DNA from: an uncultured Thermoplasmatales archaeon
Lineage (GTDB): Archaea > Thermoplasmatota > E2 > DHVEG-1
Assembly (NCBI GenBank): GCA_964410735.1
Contig: CAYPIF010000104.1
Location: 2,893 to 66,892 of the forward strand
Direction: 5' to 3'
DNA length: 64,000 nucleotides
Part shown: piece after piece, positions 18,588-28,895 of the stretch
Layout of the letters: every line of letters begins with the position of its first letter
Numbering within the stretch: position 1 is the first letter of the stretch
Translations under genes and position numbers: made by a program
The notes under the pieces: generated by a model
Seen by the model: the letters and a program-made list of their open reading frames with translations, nothing else
Told to the model about the DNA's origin: nothing
Database searches by the model: none

Positions 18588-18872
18588 TCATTGATCGTTC
18601 TTTTTGATCCTTCGTATGATCTGATCGAATCCTCTGACGACTCGTTCAAAAGATGTATTCTGATCTGATATACCCATGGTTGCTAGTCCTTTCGACAGCT
18701 CAAAAACAGCTAATTTCTGATCGTCCTTTGACTTAAACACATGCTGTGGGCCTACACTGAGTAGCTCATAATCGATAAATGCCTGTGGTTCATCTTTCTC
18801 ATTTTTACTACCCATAAATGTCCGCACTTGCAATAAGAACGCATGAAGCTGGATCAATTCATCTTTCTGCAT
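18588..18872 (-). CDS. small conserved archaeal protein (UPF0058-like, tentative)
   Basis: 94 aa. MQKDELIQLHAFLLQVR...HVFKSKDDQKLAVFELSKGLA resembles the UPF0058 pattern as I remember it. Confidence 0.4.
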   Translation of the reverse strand: MQKDELIQLHAFLLQVRTFMGSKNEKDEPQAFIDYELLSVGPQHVFKSKDDQKLAVFELSKGLATMGISDQNTSFERVVRGFDQIIRRIKKNDQ

Positions 18873-19262
18873 CCAAAACCCAGTAATAGTATATATTTCA
18901 AGTATATAAAAATTGATGCCTTTGAACTGTATGAAACAGCATTGGGCGGGGCATTGTTTTACATTTTTTTCTGCATGTTTAATTAATTTTGAAGAAAAGT
19001 AGCAATCTTATATTATTCTCGATCATTCAAAATAATGGTTTTTTTTGATACAATTGTCCCGTTAGAAACAGTAAACATGACCATATAAAACAAGTGAAAT
19101 AATTTTTAAAAAATTATATTGATTCTATTGAAACTTTTGTTACATTTTAAAAATTAAAAACCCATAAATATCATATATATCATACTGCTTACTCGATAAA
19201 TAATTTATGAAAAACTCATTCAATAGGTTCAATTAATAGTAACACGAGTAGTTGCCGTAGGG

Positions 19263-21083
19263 ATGGTAGACATGGATCAATCCATTCAAAAAGATATGAT
19301 GGGGAACAATTTAGAACATATTCTAAATGATGTTGAAGCAATCATTTTTCTTTATGATCTAAATGACCATTTTATATTCGTCAATACCGCTTTTGCTGAA
19401 TCGATTGATAAGAAAGTGGGAGATATCATAGGCAAGTCCGTATTTGAATTATTTCCCCAGGACCATGCAGAAAAATACTCCAGGAACAATAGGATGGTTA
19501 TAGAAACAGGATCACCATCACTTGACATACAAGAGAAGATGTTTACAAAAAAAGGTATACGGTGGGTTAAAACAAATAAAAAACCGTTCTATGATGATAG
19601 AGGAACACTTCTAGGCATCCTAGGAGTTACAACAGATATAACCGATCAGAAAAAGGCAGAAGAAAAATTAGAGAAAAGTGAGAAACAACTGGAATTGAAG
19701 CTCAATAGCCTCCTTTCACCAGAATGCACCATCGACGAGGTAGATTTCAGCAATATCATCAACAGCAAGGAAATCCAATTGATGATGAATGATTTCTATC
19801 AACTGACAAATATCGGGATGGCCATCACCGATATGAAAGGAAATATCCTCGTGGCCACCGGATGGCAGGACATTTGTACAAAGTTCCATAGGATCCACCC
19901 TCAAACAAATAAAAACTGTATAGAAAGTGACATCTACCTTTCAGAACATGTAAAACCAGGTGAATACGTCGAATATAAATGTAAGAACAACCTATGGGAC
20001 ATCGCGACACCAATCATCATTTCTGGTAAACGGCTGGGAACCTTATTTCTTGGTCAATTTTTCTATACCGATGAGGAAGTGGACTATCAGTTTTTTGAGA
20101 GGCAAGCCGAGAAATATGGTTTTGATAAAAAGCAGTATCTTTCAGCGCTTGACCGTGTTCCACGATGGGATAGGGAAAGAGTAGCTTGTGTCATGGATTT
20201 CTATTCAAAACTTTCTGTGATGATCTCCCAGCTGAGCTATAGCAACCTGAAACTAGCTAAAATGGTCCAACAACAAAAGAAAACAGAGACCGAATTAAAC
20301 GAGGCGAATCATAAGTTAAAGAACATGAATGACATCCTTGAACGAACCGTTGAAGAAAGAACATCTGAGTTGACAAGAGCGTTAAAACATAAGGACGAGT
20401 TCATACATCAACTCGGTCATGATCTAAAAAATCCGTTAAGTCCCATTATCCATCTACTTCCAGTTTTGGAGAAAAAAATACCTGATGAGGATGTTAAAGA
20501 GATATATGAAGTGATATCAAGAAATGCTATTTACATGAAGAATCTCGTTAAAAAAACACTTAATCTAGCAAATCTGAACTCATCTCATACCATCTTTACT
20601 TTTGATACTATCACCTTACATGAATCTGTTGATGACGTGATTCAAAAAAATTCACTATCGTTCTCAGAGAAAAATCTCAACATAATCAACAATGTATCAA
20701 ATGATATCCTTGTCAATGCAGATAAACTTCTACTGGATGAACTCCTCACCAATCTCTTTGACAACGCAATAAAATATAGCGGTGAAGGATCAACGGTTAC
20801 AGTTCATGCGCTTCAAAAAGAAACATCAATTACTGTCTGCGTACAAGATAATGGGAAAGGAATATCCAAAGACCAGATCCCCCATCTTTTCGAAGAGTTC
20901 TACAAAGCAGATTTCTCAAGACATGATTTTGATAGCAACGGACTAGGCCTTCCTATTTGTAAAAGGATTGTTGAGAAACATGGTGGCCGTATATGGGCAG
21001 AAAGTGATGGCATAGGAAAAGGAACTCGCTTCTTCTTTACCCTTAAAAAGAGCGGTAACCACCATCAACAGGAAAAAATGTAA
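19263..21083 (+). CDS. sensor histidine kinase (PAS + PocR-like + HisKA + HATPase_c)
   Basis: PAS-like N-terminus, Cys/His-rich sensory segment ICTKFHRIHPQTNKNCIESD, H-box FIHQLGHDLKNPLSP, and G-boxes DNGKGI and GLGLPICKRIVEKHGGRIWAES. Confidence 0.85.
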   Translation: MVDMDQSIQKDMMGNNLEHILNDVEAIIFLYDLNDHFIFVNTAFAESIDKKVGDIIGKSVFELFPQDHAEKYSRNNRMVIETGSPSLDIQEKMFTKKGIRWVKTNKKPFYDDRGTLLGILGVTTDITDQKKAEEKLEKSEKQLELKLNSLLSPECTIDEVDFSNIINSKEIQLMMNDFYQLTNIGMAITDMKGNILVATGWQDICTKFHRIHPQTNKNCIESDIYLSEHVKPGEYVEYKCKNNLWDIATPIIISGKRLGTLFLGQFFYTDEEVDYQFFERQAEKYGFDKKQYLSALDRVPRWDRERVACVMDFYSKLSVMISQLSYSNLKLAKMVQQQKKTETELNEANHKLKNMNDILERTVEERTSELTRALKHKDEFIHQLGHDLKNPLSPIIHLLPVLEKKIPDEDVKEIYEVISRNAIYMKNLVKKTLNLANLNSSHTIFTFDTITLHESVDDVIQKNSLSFSEKNLNIINNVSNDILVNADKLLLDELLTNLFDNAIKYSGEGSTVTVHALQKETSITVCVQDNGKGISKDQIPHLFEEFYKADFSRHDFDSNGLGLPICKRIVEKHGGRIWAESDGIGKGTRFFFTLKKSGNHHQQEKM

Positions 21084-21181
21084 AACATTCTATCTTTTTT
21101 GCGATTAGTACAAGCATAGTTTATCCCTTTTAAAAATCTAGACGAAAGATAAAGAGTAATAGCTAAGATAAATCAAAGATG

Positions 21182-21328
21182 AATACTTTCAATCAACCCA
21201 ATTATCATTTATTAAGGATGAACGACAGATATACGATTAACAGGACGATAGATACGGGGGAACTGCCAGCAAAGGGTGCATCCCACTCTTTCCTCTTCCT
21301 CAAGCTGGCATTTCTGCCACATTTTTTA
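21182..21328 (+). ncRNA. copy 2 of the 147-nt repeated intergenic module (candidate small RNA; strand uncertain)
   Basis: Same conserved blocks as 11998-12144: the octamer TTTATTAA (21208-21215), the GCCAGC (21265-21270) / GCTGGC (21304-21309) stem, a GGGTGCATCCC hairpin, a CU-rich loop, and a T6 run. Lies 95 nt upstream of glpK. Confidence 0.45.
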
Positions 21329-21423
21329 AATGAACTATCCAACAAGTACAAGGAAAGATTATATTTGACGATAGGATTAAACATCAATTTAGTATAAGAT
21401 ACAACACAGAGGTTGCATAGTTG

Positions 21424-22953
21424 ATGGAAGGAAAGGATTCATTCATACTGTCCTTAGATGAGGGCACCTCAAGTGCAAAAGCATTTATCATTAACAAAAA
21501 AGGATCGATCATCTCCTCAGGCCACTGTCCATTCACCCAGTATTACCCAAGACCCGGTTGGGTTGAACATAACCCAAATGAAATATGGGCTGCACAGAAA
21601 AGAGCGATAAATACAGCGTTAGAAACCGCAAAGATCACGCCACCTCAAATCGAATCAATAGGAATCACCAATCAAAGAGAGACAACGATACTCTGGGAGA
21701 AAAAAACCGGAAGACCCATCTATAACGCCATTGTCTGGCAGGACCGGCGAACATCTGAGGTCATAGACTCATTTGACAGAGATACCAAAGATCTGATCAA
21801 AGAGCGAACAGGGTTGATACCTGATGCATATTTCTCAGCATCAAAGATACAATGGATTCTCAACCATGTTCCTAATGCAGAACAAAAGGCAAGAAAAGGA
21901 GAGATACTGTTCGGAACCATCGATTCATATTTACTTTACAAACTGACAAATGGGAGGATACATGCTACAGACCATAGCAATGCATCGCGAACAATGCTCT
22001 ACAACATTAACAAGGTAGAATGGGATACCGATCTGCTAGAATTGTTCAAGATCCCTAGGACCATGCTTCCGCAGATACAAGAATCTACCATGATTCTAGG
22101 GGAAACTACAGACACACTCTTTGCCCGGAACATCCCCATTTCAGGATTAATAGGTGATCAACAAGCCGCATTATTTGGCCAGAGATGTTTTCAAAAAGGA
22201 ATGGTGAAGAACACCTTTGGAACAGGTAACTTCCTACTAATGAACATAGGATCGGAACCGATCACATCAAAAAATCTCTTAACAACAATTGCATGGGTAC
22301 TGAACGGACAAGTAACCTATGCTCTTGAAGGAAGTGTGTTTATAACCGGGGCAGCGGTTCAATGGCTCAAAGAAATCGGCATCATCGATGACACAGAGAT
22401 GATTGGACAAATAGCAAAAAAGGCAATAGATAACCAGGGGGTATATTTCGTGCCTGCTTTTGCCGGTCTGGGCACCCCACATTGGGACCAATATGCACGA
22501 GGTACCATCATAGGACTTACCAGAGGGACAACTAAAGAGATCCTTATACGAGCAGGATTGGAATCAATATGCTATTCATCTCAGGATATTTTAGAACATA
22601 TGCAGAATGACTCATCGATGACTATAAAAAAGATACTTGTTGATGGAGGGGGCACCACAAATGAGTTCCTCTTACAGTTCCATGCGAACATTTCAAGGAT
22701 ACCGGTTATCAGACCAGTTCAAACAGAGACAACTGCCATGGGTGCAGCATTCATTGCAGGTCTTGCAGTTGATTACTGGCAAGATATAACTGAAATTGAA
22801 AATCTCACGATCCCCTCAGCATCATATCATCCAAGTATGGTAAAAGAACATAGTGATGCATTGTACCATGGCTGGAAAAAAGCAGTGTTACATTCAAAAG
22901 GATGGAAAAAAGAACTGGACCTATGTGGCCTGAACACAGATGACCAGTTATAA
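21424..22953 (+). CDS. glpK: glycerol kinase
   Basis: FGGY kinase signatures FILSLDEGTSSAKAFI, GITNQRETTILWEK, FGTIDSYLLYKLT and GDQQAALFGQ. Confidence 0.9.
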   Translation: MEGKDSFILSLDEGTSSAKAFIINKKGSIISSGHCPFTQYYPRPGWVEHNPNEIWAAQKRAINTALETAKITPPQIESIGITNQRETTILWEKKTGRPIYNAIVWQDRRTSEVIDSFDRDTKDLIKERTGLIPDAYFSASKIQWILNHVPNAEQKARKGEILFGTIDSYLLYKLTNGRIHATDHSNASRTMLYNINKVEWDTDLLELFKIPRTMLPQIQESTMILGETTDTLFARNIPISGLIGDQQAALFGQRCFQKGMVKNTFGTGNFLLMNIGSEPITSKNLLTTIAWVLNGQVTYALEGSVFITGAAVQWLKEIGIIDDTEMIGQIAKKAIDNQGVYFVPAFAGLGTPHWDQYARGTIIGLTRGTTKEILIRAGLESICYSSQDILEHMQNDSSMTIKKILVDGGGTTNEFLLQFHANISRIPVIRPVQTETTAMGAAFIAGLAVDYWQDITEIENLTIPSASYHPSMVKEHSDALYHGWKKAVLHSKGWKKELDLCGLNTDDQL

Positions 22954-22979
22954 TATCAAGTATATGTTGTGAAAAGACC

Positions 22980-24476
22980 ATGAAACAAAGGATCATTATC
23001 ATCGGTGGTGGTATCACAGGATGTGCCATTGCGCGAACACTAAGTCGATACCAAGATCTAGATATTCATCTTATGGAGAAAGAACCTGATGTCGGCTGGG
23101 GGGCAACAAAGGCAAACACTGGCATCCTTCATCCAGGTCATGAGGATGATCCACAGCGATTTCCACTCCGAGCTAAGCTCTGTGTACAAGGTAATGGATT
23201 ATGGAAAACATGGAGCAAAGACCTTGACATACCAACCACCTGGCCCGGGGAACTCATGATCGCTAAAAATGATCATGAAAAAGATCGTCTGAAGACATAC
23301 CTGGATATTGGAAAGAGAAATGGTGTTGAAGGGTTAAGGATAATCGAAGGAAAAGATATTTTCACTATCGAACCAAATTGCACACCAGACGCGATCGCTG
23401 CATTATGGGCTCCAACAGCTGGTCTGATAGAACCATGGGAGGCAACCATTGGGCTCATAGAGAACGCTGTTGAGAACAACGTTAAAATCCATTTGAATAC
23501 TAATGTCTCTGATATCATTGTCAAAAATGGTCAGATAGCAGGGCTGGAAACATCTCAAGGATTTTATCCTGCGGATATCGTGATAAATGCAGCAGGGCTT
23601 TTTGCAGATACTATTTCAAAAATGGCGGGAATCGATGAAGGACCTATCAGACCACGAAAGGGACAATATTATCTGTTCGATGATGATGCAACCCCAAAGG
23701 TCCAAAAGATCATCCATCAGGTCCCAACAGCAACAACAAAAGGCGTTTACGCGGTAACGACCGTTGAGGGTAATCTCATGCTCGGCCCAACAGCTGAGGA
23801 TCTCAATATGGATGAAAAGGATGAACGGAGCACAGATCAAATTGGTCTGGACTATGTATGGGGTCATGCAGCACAATTGGTCAAAGAACTCCCAGAACGA
23901 AAGGGTATCTGTAAGATGTTTGCAGGTTTACGACCAGAACCACCAGAGGGGCGATACATCATTAATAGCTATGATGATCCATGGGGTTTCATCAACGTCC
24001 TTGGCATCCGTTCACCAGGGCTTACTGCAGCACCAGCGATCGCGGAGCGTGTTGCAAAGGATCTTTTGAATGAGAGACTTGGTGTCTCTCTTGTGGAAAA
24101 GATGAACTGGAACCCACATCGAAAAAAGATCGTACGGTTCTCAAAATTATCATTAATAGAACAGATAGAGTACATCAAAAAAGATAGACGATATGGTAAT
24201 ATTGTTTGTATGTGCAAGGAGGTAACAGAGGCTGAGATAACTCAGGCCATCGATCGGATACAGCATATTGGGGGATCAGTGACCCTTGATGCAGTCAAAT
24301 TCCGCACCCTTGCCATGTTCGGGTTCTGTCAGGGATCGTTCTGCAGGTCAAATATAGCATCCATCATAGCAGATCATCTCCATATTCCGCTTCATACAGT
24401 CATTCAAAACCTGCCAAACACGGAATATGCCATCGGTGACATTAAGATCCTTCAGAGAAAAGGAGGGCAGGTTTAA
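22980..24476 (+). CDS. FAD-dependent glycerol-3-phosphate dehydrogenase, large subunit (GlpA-like with BFD-type Fe-S domain)
   Basis: IIIIGGGITGCA dinucleotide fold. C-terminal Cys cluster CMCKEVTEAEI...FCQGSFC. Sits directly after glpK. Confidence 0.8.
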   Translation: MKQRIIIIGGGITGCAIARTLSRYQDLDIHLMEKEPDVGWGATKANTGILHPGHEDDPQRFPLRAKLCVQGNGLWKTWSKDLDIPTTWPGELMIAKNDHEKDRLKTYLDIGKRNGVEGLRIIEGKDIFTIEPNCTPDAIAALWAPTAGLIEPWEATIGLIENAVENNVKIHLNTNVSDIIVKNGQIAGLETSQGFYPADIVINAAGLFADTISKMAGIDEGPIRPRKGQYYLFDDDATPKVQKIIHQVPTATTKGVYAVTTVEGNLMLGPTAEDLNMDEKDERSTDQIGLDYVWGHAAQLVKELPERKGICKMFAGLRPEPPEGRYIINSYDDPWGFINVLGIRSPGLTAAPAIAERVAKDLLNERLGVSLVEKMNWNPHRKKIVRFSKLSLIEQIEYIKKDRRYGNIVCMCKEVTEAEITQAIDRIQHIGGSVTLDAVKFRTLAMFGFCQGSFCRSNIASIIADHLHIPLHTVIQNLPNTEYAIGDIKILQRKGGQV

Positions 24477-25717
24477 TGGATACTGATTTTGACATTGTTG
24501 TCATTGGTGGTGGGGCAGCAGGTCTTGCAGGGGCAATAAAGGCCAACGAGCTTGGACTAAAAACATTGATCGTTGAGAACAATCAACGACTAGGAGGAAT
24601 CCCCTTTCAATGCGCGCATCCCGGGTTCGGTAATTTCTATTATCAAGAGAATCTCACTGGCGCAGAGTATGCAGAACGACTTATCAGCGCGACATCCTCG
24701 AAAAATATTCCCTTTCTCACCACTGCCCATGTGACAAGGATAGAGCATCTCTCACCATCAAAAAACATTATCACCGTGGTCACTAAGGAAGGAATAAAAA
24801 AGATCGAAACGACAACGATACTGTATGCAACAGGAGCACGGGAACGCCATCTGTATGAGACGGGGATAAAAGGGGACCGATTAAGCGGGGTCTACACTGC
24901 AGGAGAGGCACAGACCTTGATGGATATCCATGGTGTCATGCCTGGTAAGAACATTGTGATAATCGGCTCAGGGGATATCGGACTTATCATGGCACGACGA
25001 TTCGCACTTGAAGGAGCACATGTCATCTGCTGCATCGAACTGTTCCCGTATCCTGGTGGGCTCTCAAGAAACGTGGTTCAATGCCTCCATGATTTCAACA
25101 TACCACTACGCACCAGTAAAATGGTGACCGAACTGAAAGGAAAGGACCGTGTTGAGAAAGTGATAACGGTCAATGTTGATGAGAATCTACATCCTCTTTC
25201 AGGTACTGAACAAGAGATTACTTGTGATACTATTGCACTGGCTACAGGACTTATACCTTACACAAAGAAACTCGAGGAGATCAATGTTATATTAGACCCA
25301 GCAACAAAGGGACCAAAGATACATGAAACGTTTGAGACATCAATACCGGGCATCTTTGCCGCTGGAAATGTTGTAACAATAAATGATTATGTTGATTACG
25401 CATCTGATCAAGGGGAGATCGCCGCCAGGGGTGCAAAAGAGTTCATTGACAGAGCAGGTGAGGATCCAACGGTATGGAAACCTGTTGAGATGAAAGGGGA
25501 TCTCAGACTCATCGTGCCACAATACATTTCGGGAACAAGAGATGTGACCTTTTATTTAAGGGTAAAAAGACCAAGACCAAAAGCAAAGATCCATTTGGCA
25601 GAGATAGAAAAAACAGTTGATAAGAAAGGCGTCACGCCCAGCGAGATGATCAAAATAACATTGAAAAAGGAAGAACTTTTGGCATTGAAAGATAAACTTA
25701 CCGTGGAGATAGTGTAA
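24476..25717 (+). CDS. pyridine-nucleotide-disulfide-family FAD/NAD oxidoreductase (G3PDH partner subunit)
   Basis: Two GxGxxG folds (VIGGGAAGLAGA and IIGSGDIGLIMA). TAATG overlaps at both ends. Confidence 0.8.
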   Translation: MDTDFDIVVIGGGAAGLAGAIKANELGLKTLIVENNQRLGGIPFQCAHPGFGNFYYQENLTGAEYAERLISATSSKNIPFLTTAHVTRIEHLSPSKNIITVVTKEGIKKIETTTILYATGARERHLYETGIKGDRLSGVYTAGEAQTLMDIHGVMPGKNIVIIGSGDIGLIMARRFALEGAHVICCIELFPYPGGLSRNVVQCLHDFNIPLRTSKMVTELKGKDRVEKVITVNVDENLHPLSGTEQEITCDTIALATGLIPYTKKLEEINVILDPATKGPKIHETFETSIPGIFAAGNVVTINDYVDYASDQGEIAARGAKEFIDRAGEDPTVWKPVEMKGDLRLIVPQYISGTRDVTFYLRVKRPRPKAKIHLAEIEKTVDKKGVTPSEMIKITLKKEELLALKDKLTVEIV

Positions 25718-26085
25718 TGGCAGAGGAACGGACGATCACCTGCATCATGTGTCCCCTTGGTTGTAAGATACAGGTCTTACAAACCGGTGACACTGTTGAA
25801 ATAAAAGGAGCAGGGTGTGATAATGGAAGGGAATATGTATTACAGGAGATCAGTGAGCCATCCCGGATCGTTATGAGTGTTGTGCCCGTTAGCAATAGTG
25901 ATATTCCAACGGTAACGGTGAAAACAAATAAACCGATTCCAAAGGACAAGATCGGAAGAGTTATGGAACTAATATCAACAGTTGAGGTGACCGCCCCGAT
26001 CAAGGTCGGTGATATAATTTTAAAGAATATTGACAACATGCACGTTGACATCATCGCAACTCGAAATGCAAAAGAAAGGTCTTAA
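25717..26085 (+). CDS. DUF1667 small Cys-rich subunit
   Basis: ITCIMCPLGCKIQV...GAGCDNGREY Cys pattern. Confidence 0.8.
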   Translation: MAEERTITCIMCPLGCKIQVLQTGDTVEIKGAGCDNGREYVLQEISEPSRIVMSVVPVSNSDIPTVTVKTNKPIPKDKIGRVMELISTVEVTAPIKVGDIILKNIDNMHVDIIATRNAKERS

Positions 26086-26849
26086 TGGTCCTTTGTCCAG
26101 TCAACAATGGTCGTATGAAAGGACTCGGCCCATTCAGGGTCCTCAAATATCTCATGATACGGTCCATCGAACTCCTTGAGCTTTTTATCAGCGCTTGGCA
26201 CCATCTCAATGAACCGTTTTGCTCCTTGTATCGGAGTGACCTTATCTCCGGTTCCACCAAGGATAAGAAGAGGCATGGTTAGTGAATTTACTTCTTTGAA
26301 TACTGTTTTCATATTCGAAAAAAGGGTTTTGGAGAGAGCACCTGAGATACGGTCATGGATAAGAGGGTCCTCAATGTATCGTTGAACAGCCTCTTTGTCC
26401 CTTGAGAAATCATGAGGGTCCAATCGATTGTTGATGGTTACTTTGGGAAAGAGGGTTCCGACGATATTGGCAATAAGAATATGAAGTGAGTTAACATTCT
26501 CCGCCCGTTCCAGAGGTGGAGATGAAGCAATAACTCCCTTAATAGAATGAGGGTTCTGTTCAGCGTATCTGAGAACGGTTAACGCTCCAAGGCTGTGCCC
26601 AAAAAGAAATGGTTTTTCACCGATTTCATCTATCAATCCTTTGATAATGCTCATACCCTCGTTAACAGAGGAATGACCTCGTTTTCCGTCGCTTTTACCA
26701 TGTCCTGGCCAATCAAATGCGTACACTGCGTATCCTTCCTTAGTAAGCATGGAAATCATTTTGCTGTAACGGTGACTATGTTCCCCAAGACCATGGACGA
26801 GGATGACCCAGCCTTTGGAAGGGGTCCCAAATTTCTCTTTGTATATCAT
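26082..26849 (-). CDS. alpha/beta hydrolase, monoacylglycerol lipase / lysophospholipase-like
   Basis: HGLGEHSHRY, nucleophile elbow GHSLGA, and C-terminal GPYHEIF. Its 3' end overlaps the DUF1667 gene by 4 nt (convergent). Confidence 0.75.
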   Translation of the reverse strand: MIYKEKFGTPSKGWVILVHGLGEHSHRYSKMISMLTKEGYAVYAFDWPGHGKSDGKRGHSSVNEGMSIIKGLIDEIGEKPFLFGHSLGALTVLRYAEQNPHSIKGVIASSPPLERAENVNSLHILIANIVGTLFPKVTINNRLDPHDFSRDKEAVQRYIEDPLIHDRISGALSKTLFSNMKTVFKEVNSLTMPLLILGGTGDKVTPIQGAKRFIEMVPSADKKLKEFDGPYHEIFEDPEWAESFHTTIVDWTKDH

Positions 26850-26929
26850 AGTGAAAACTGATAGCGAAACATATGACCATCTATTAAGATTTATCTAAAA
26901 AGAGGGAAAAAGGCCGAATGTCGATGATA

Positions 26930-28759
26930 TTACGAGAAGATACATTCCAGCTTTTCAATGATATGTTCAGGTAGAGATCTTAGGATTTCCAATTGGAGAA
27001 ACGATGAATGTGGGAGGGAGGTCTTCATCGTGATACTCACATCGATGTAATCATCGGGGTCTTCCATATTTGTTATCCTAATAGTTCCATTGAACGCTTG
27101 GTTCTTCTCCCGCGGTACCTTTATGGTCACATCAACTATCTCAGGTCCACCTTCCGGTTTAACATCCTGCCCGGACATAGTGGAAAAACTCCAATCGCCC
27201 CAGTCAGGATATGAGGCGATCATCCAATCGAGACAAGATAACGATTCTCCACTGTTCTCGACCAAAAGCATTGCATCGATCTTTGAACCTGGTCGTAAAT
27301 CAGTGAATTCACCTTGAAGATTTGCTGAGATGGCAGGCACTGTAGGCGTCCATGAATTTGCTAACCCTTTTATACAAAAGTTTGCGGTCCCAATCCATTC
27401 AAGTTCATCGAAGATATAATAATAGAGATCCTTCCACTGACCATTCTTCAGATAATAGCTCTCGCCAGTGTCTGCTGTTGATTCCACCTCGTCACTAAGA
27501 GTTGAACAGGAAATGAGCAGAACAGGGACAACAGAGGTCCGATCAATGGGCTGCCCACCAGAACTAAGGGAAAGATACACATAGAAATCATCACCTTCTC
27601 GTAACCCAACCGGGTGTGTAAGATCAATCGTATGAAACCCACGGTAATCAAGAATACCAGAAGTTTCAGATAATTGGTATCTCAAAACACCATCTTCAAA
27701 TCGATCATAGATGATGATATCAAATGAAACATCATCAGTAGCTGTGTAGAAACTCACGGATTCCAAGAGTTCATCATTAGTTGATACAAAGGCGTTACAT
27801 GCTTCAGATACATCTTGCAGTGTATCTCGCCAACCATGGTAATCATGATAATAAATTGTGCTATATCTCAATGGTTCCACATCCTGGAAGGATACTGCAC
27901 CCATCTCGGGATGGTGCCCGCAGTGTTTATCATAATATGATATCCAAAAATATCCCTCATTCCCCCAACCTTCACCCCAACTGTTCTTCACAAGCCATGC
28001 ACCTGGGCCTTGTGGAGCCTGAGTTTCCTTCGTATCATCCCATCCAATAAGGGCAACAGCATGATTTGGTTCAGAGGGGTTATCTGGTGGCTGATAATGG
28101 ATAAAGTTCTTTATGAAACTACCACTATAACAAAGACAGGTCCCAACAACCCCTTCGGTCATGATAGCTTGTTTCACAAGATCGATATTTTCAAGGTCAT
28201 CTCCAACAGTGTACCATTCAATGTCCCGTGGGTAATAGAGATGATATGATGGATCATATCTCTCAGGTGGCGTGTCAAATGATTGTCCGTCCTGATCGCG
28301 AACGGCTCCTTCGCCTCGAGATAGATACGCTGACGCGACAAGATAATCACCTCCTTGGTGGACGGTAAGACCCCCACCGGTTGTTGGGCTGGTATCATCA
28401 TTATTGTACTGATTGAAACCATTCCACCAATCAAGATGATACTCAGCAAGATTTGGTTCATCCTGTTCTCCAACGTCAGACCATACATTGGTCATAAGCA
28501 GGTTGCCTTCCATTGATGCCATGACCCCATGGGTCCAGCAGGTTCCACCGGTCTGGCTTTTGACAGATGTAACATAATTTTGACCGTTGACATCACGAAG
28601 ATCAAATGATTCCGGTATATCATTGCTATATGTACACATCGATAGAGATTGGTAATCCATAGCCATGATAGCCGTGCTTGGAAAGGTTAAGACTATACAA
28701 GATATCAGTATGATAACAAAAAATGCGATTTTATCTTTCAATATCATATTTGACCCCAT
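26930..28759 (-). CDS. secreted papain-family (C1) cysteine peptidase with C-terminal extension
   Basis: N-terminal TM/signal. Catalytic contexts [10 protein letters not shown] (Cys), [11 protein letters not shown] (His) and [19 protein letters not shown]. Confidence 0.8.
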   Translation of the reverse strand: MGSNMILKDKIAFFVIILISCIVLTFPSTAIMAMDYQSLSMCTYSNDIPESFDLRDVNGQNYVTSVKSQTGGTCWTHGVMASMEGNLLMTNVWSDVGEQDEPNLAEYHLDWWNGFNQYNNDDTSPTTGGGLTVHQGGDYLVASAYLSRGEGAVRDQDGQSFDTPPERYDPSYHLYYPRDIEWYTVGDDLENIDLVKQAIMTEGVVGTCLCYSGSFIKNFIHYQPPDNPSEPNHAVALIGWDDTKETQAPQGPGAWLVKNSWGEGWGNEGYFWISYYDKHCGHHPEMGAVSFQDVEPLRYSTIYYHDYHGWRDTLQDVSEACNAFVSTNDELLESVSFYTATDDVSFDIIIYDRFEDGVLRYQLSETSGILDYRGFHTIDLTHPVGLREGDDFYVYLSLSSGGQPIDRTSVVPVLLISCSTLSDEVESTADTGESYYLKNGQWKDLYYYIFDELEWIGTANFCIKGLANSWTPTVPAISANLQGEFTDLRPGSKIDAMLLVENSGESLSCLDWMIASYPDWGDWSFSTMSGQDVKPEGGPEIVDVTIKVPREKNQAFNGTIRITNMEDPDDYIDVSITMKTSLPHSSFLQLEILRSLPEHIIEKLECIFS

Positions 28760-28895
28760 ATATTTTAATCATTATGAATATAAAAACCTTCTTGTAAATG
28801 GTAAGCGTGCATTTTGTTATGAGTAACATCATGTATTTTTTATTCGTAAATGATATAAACGATAATTGATATTATTCATCTGCTAGGAGGATGCT

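Noticed and set aside
21179-21397. Track ORFs 21179..21397 (+) and 21205..21387 (-) inside repeat copy 2
   Set aside because: The corresponding frames are not open, or not similarly delimited, in copy 1. Their apparent similarity follows from nucleotide conservation, with substitutions spread over all codon positions.
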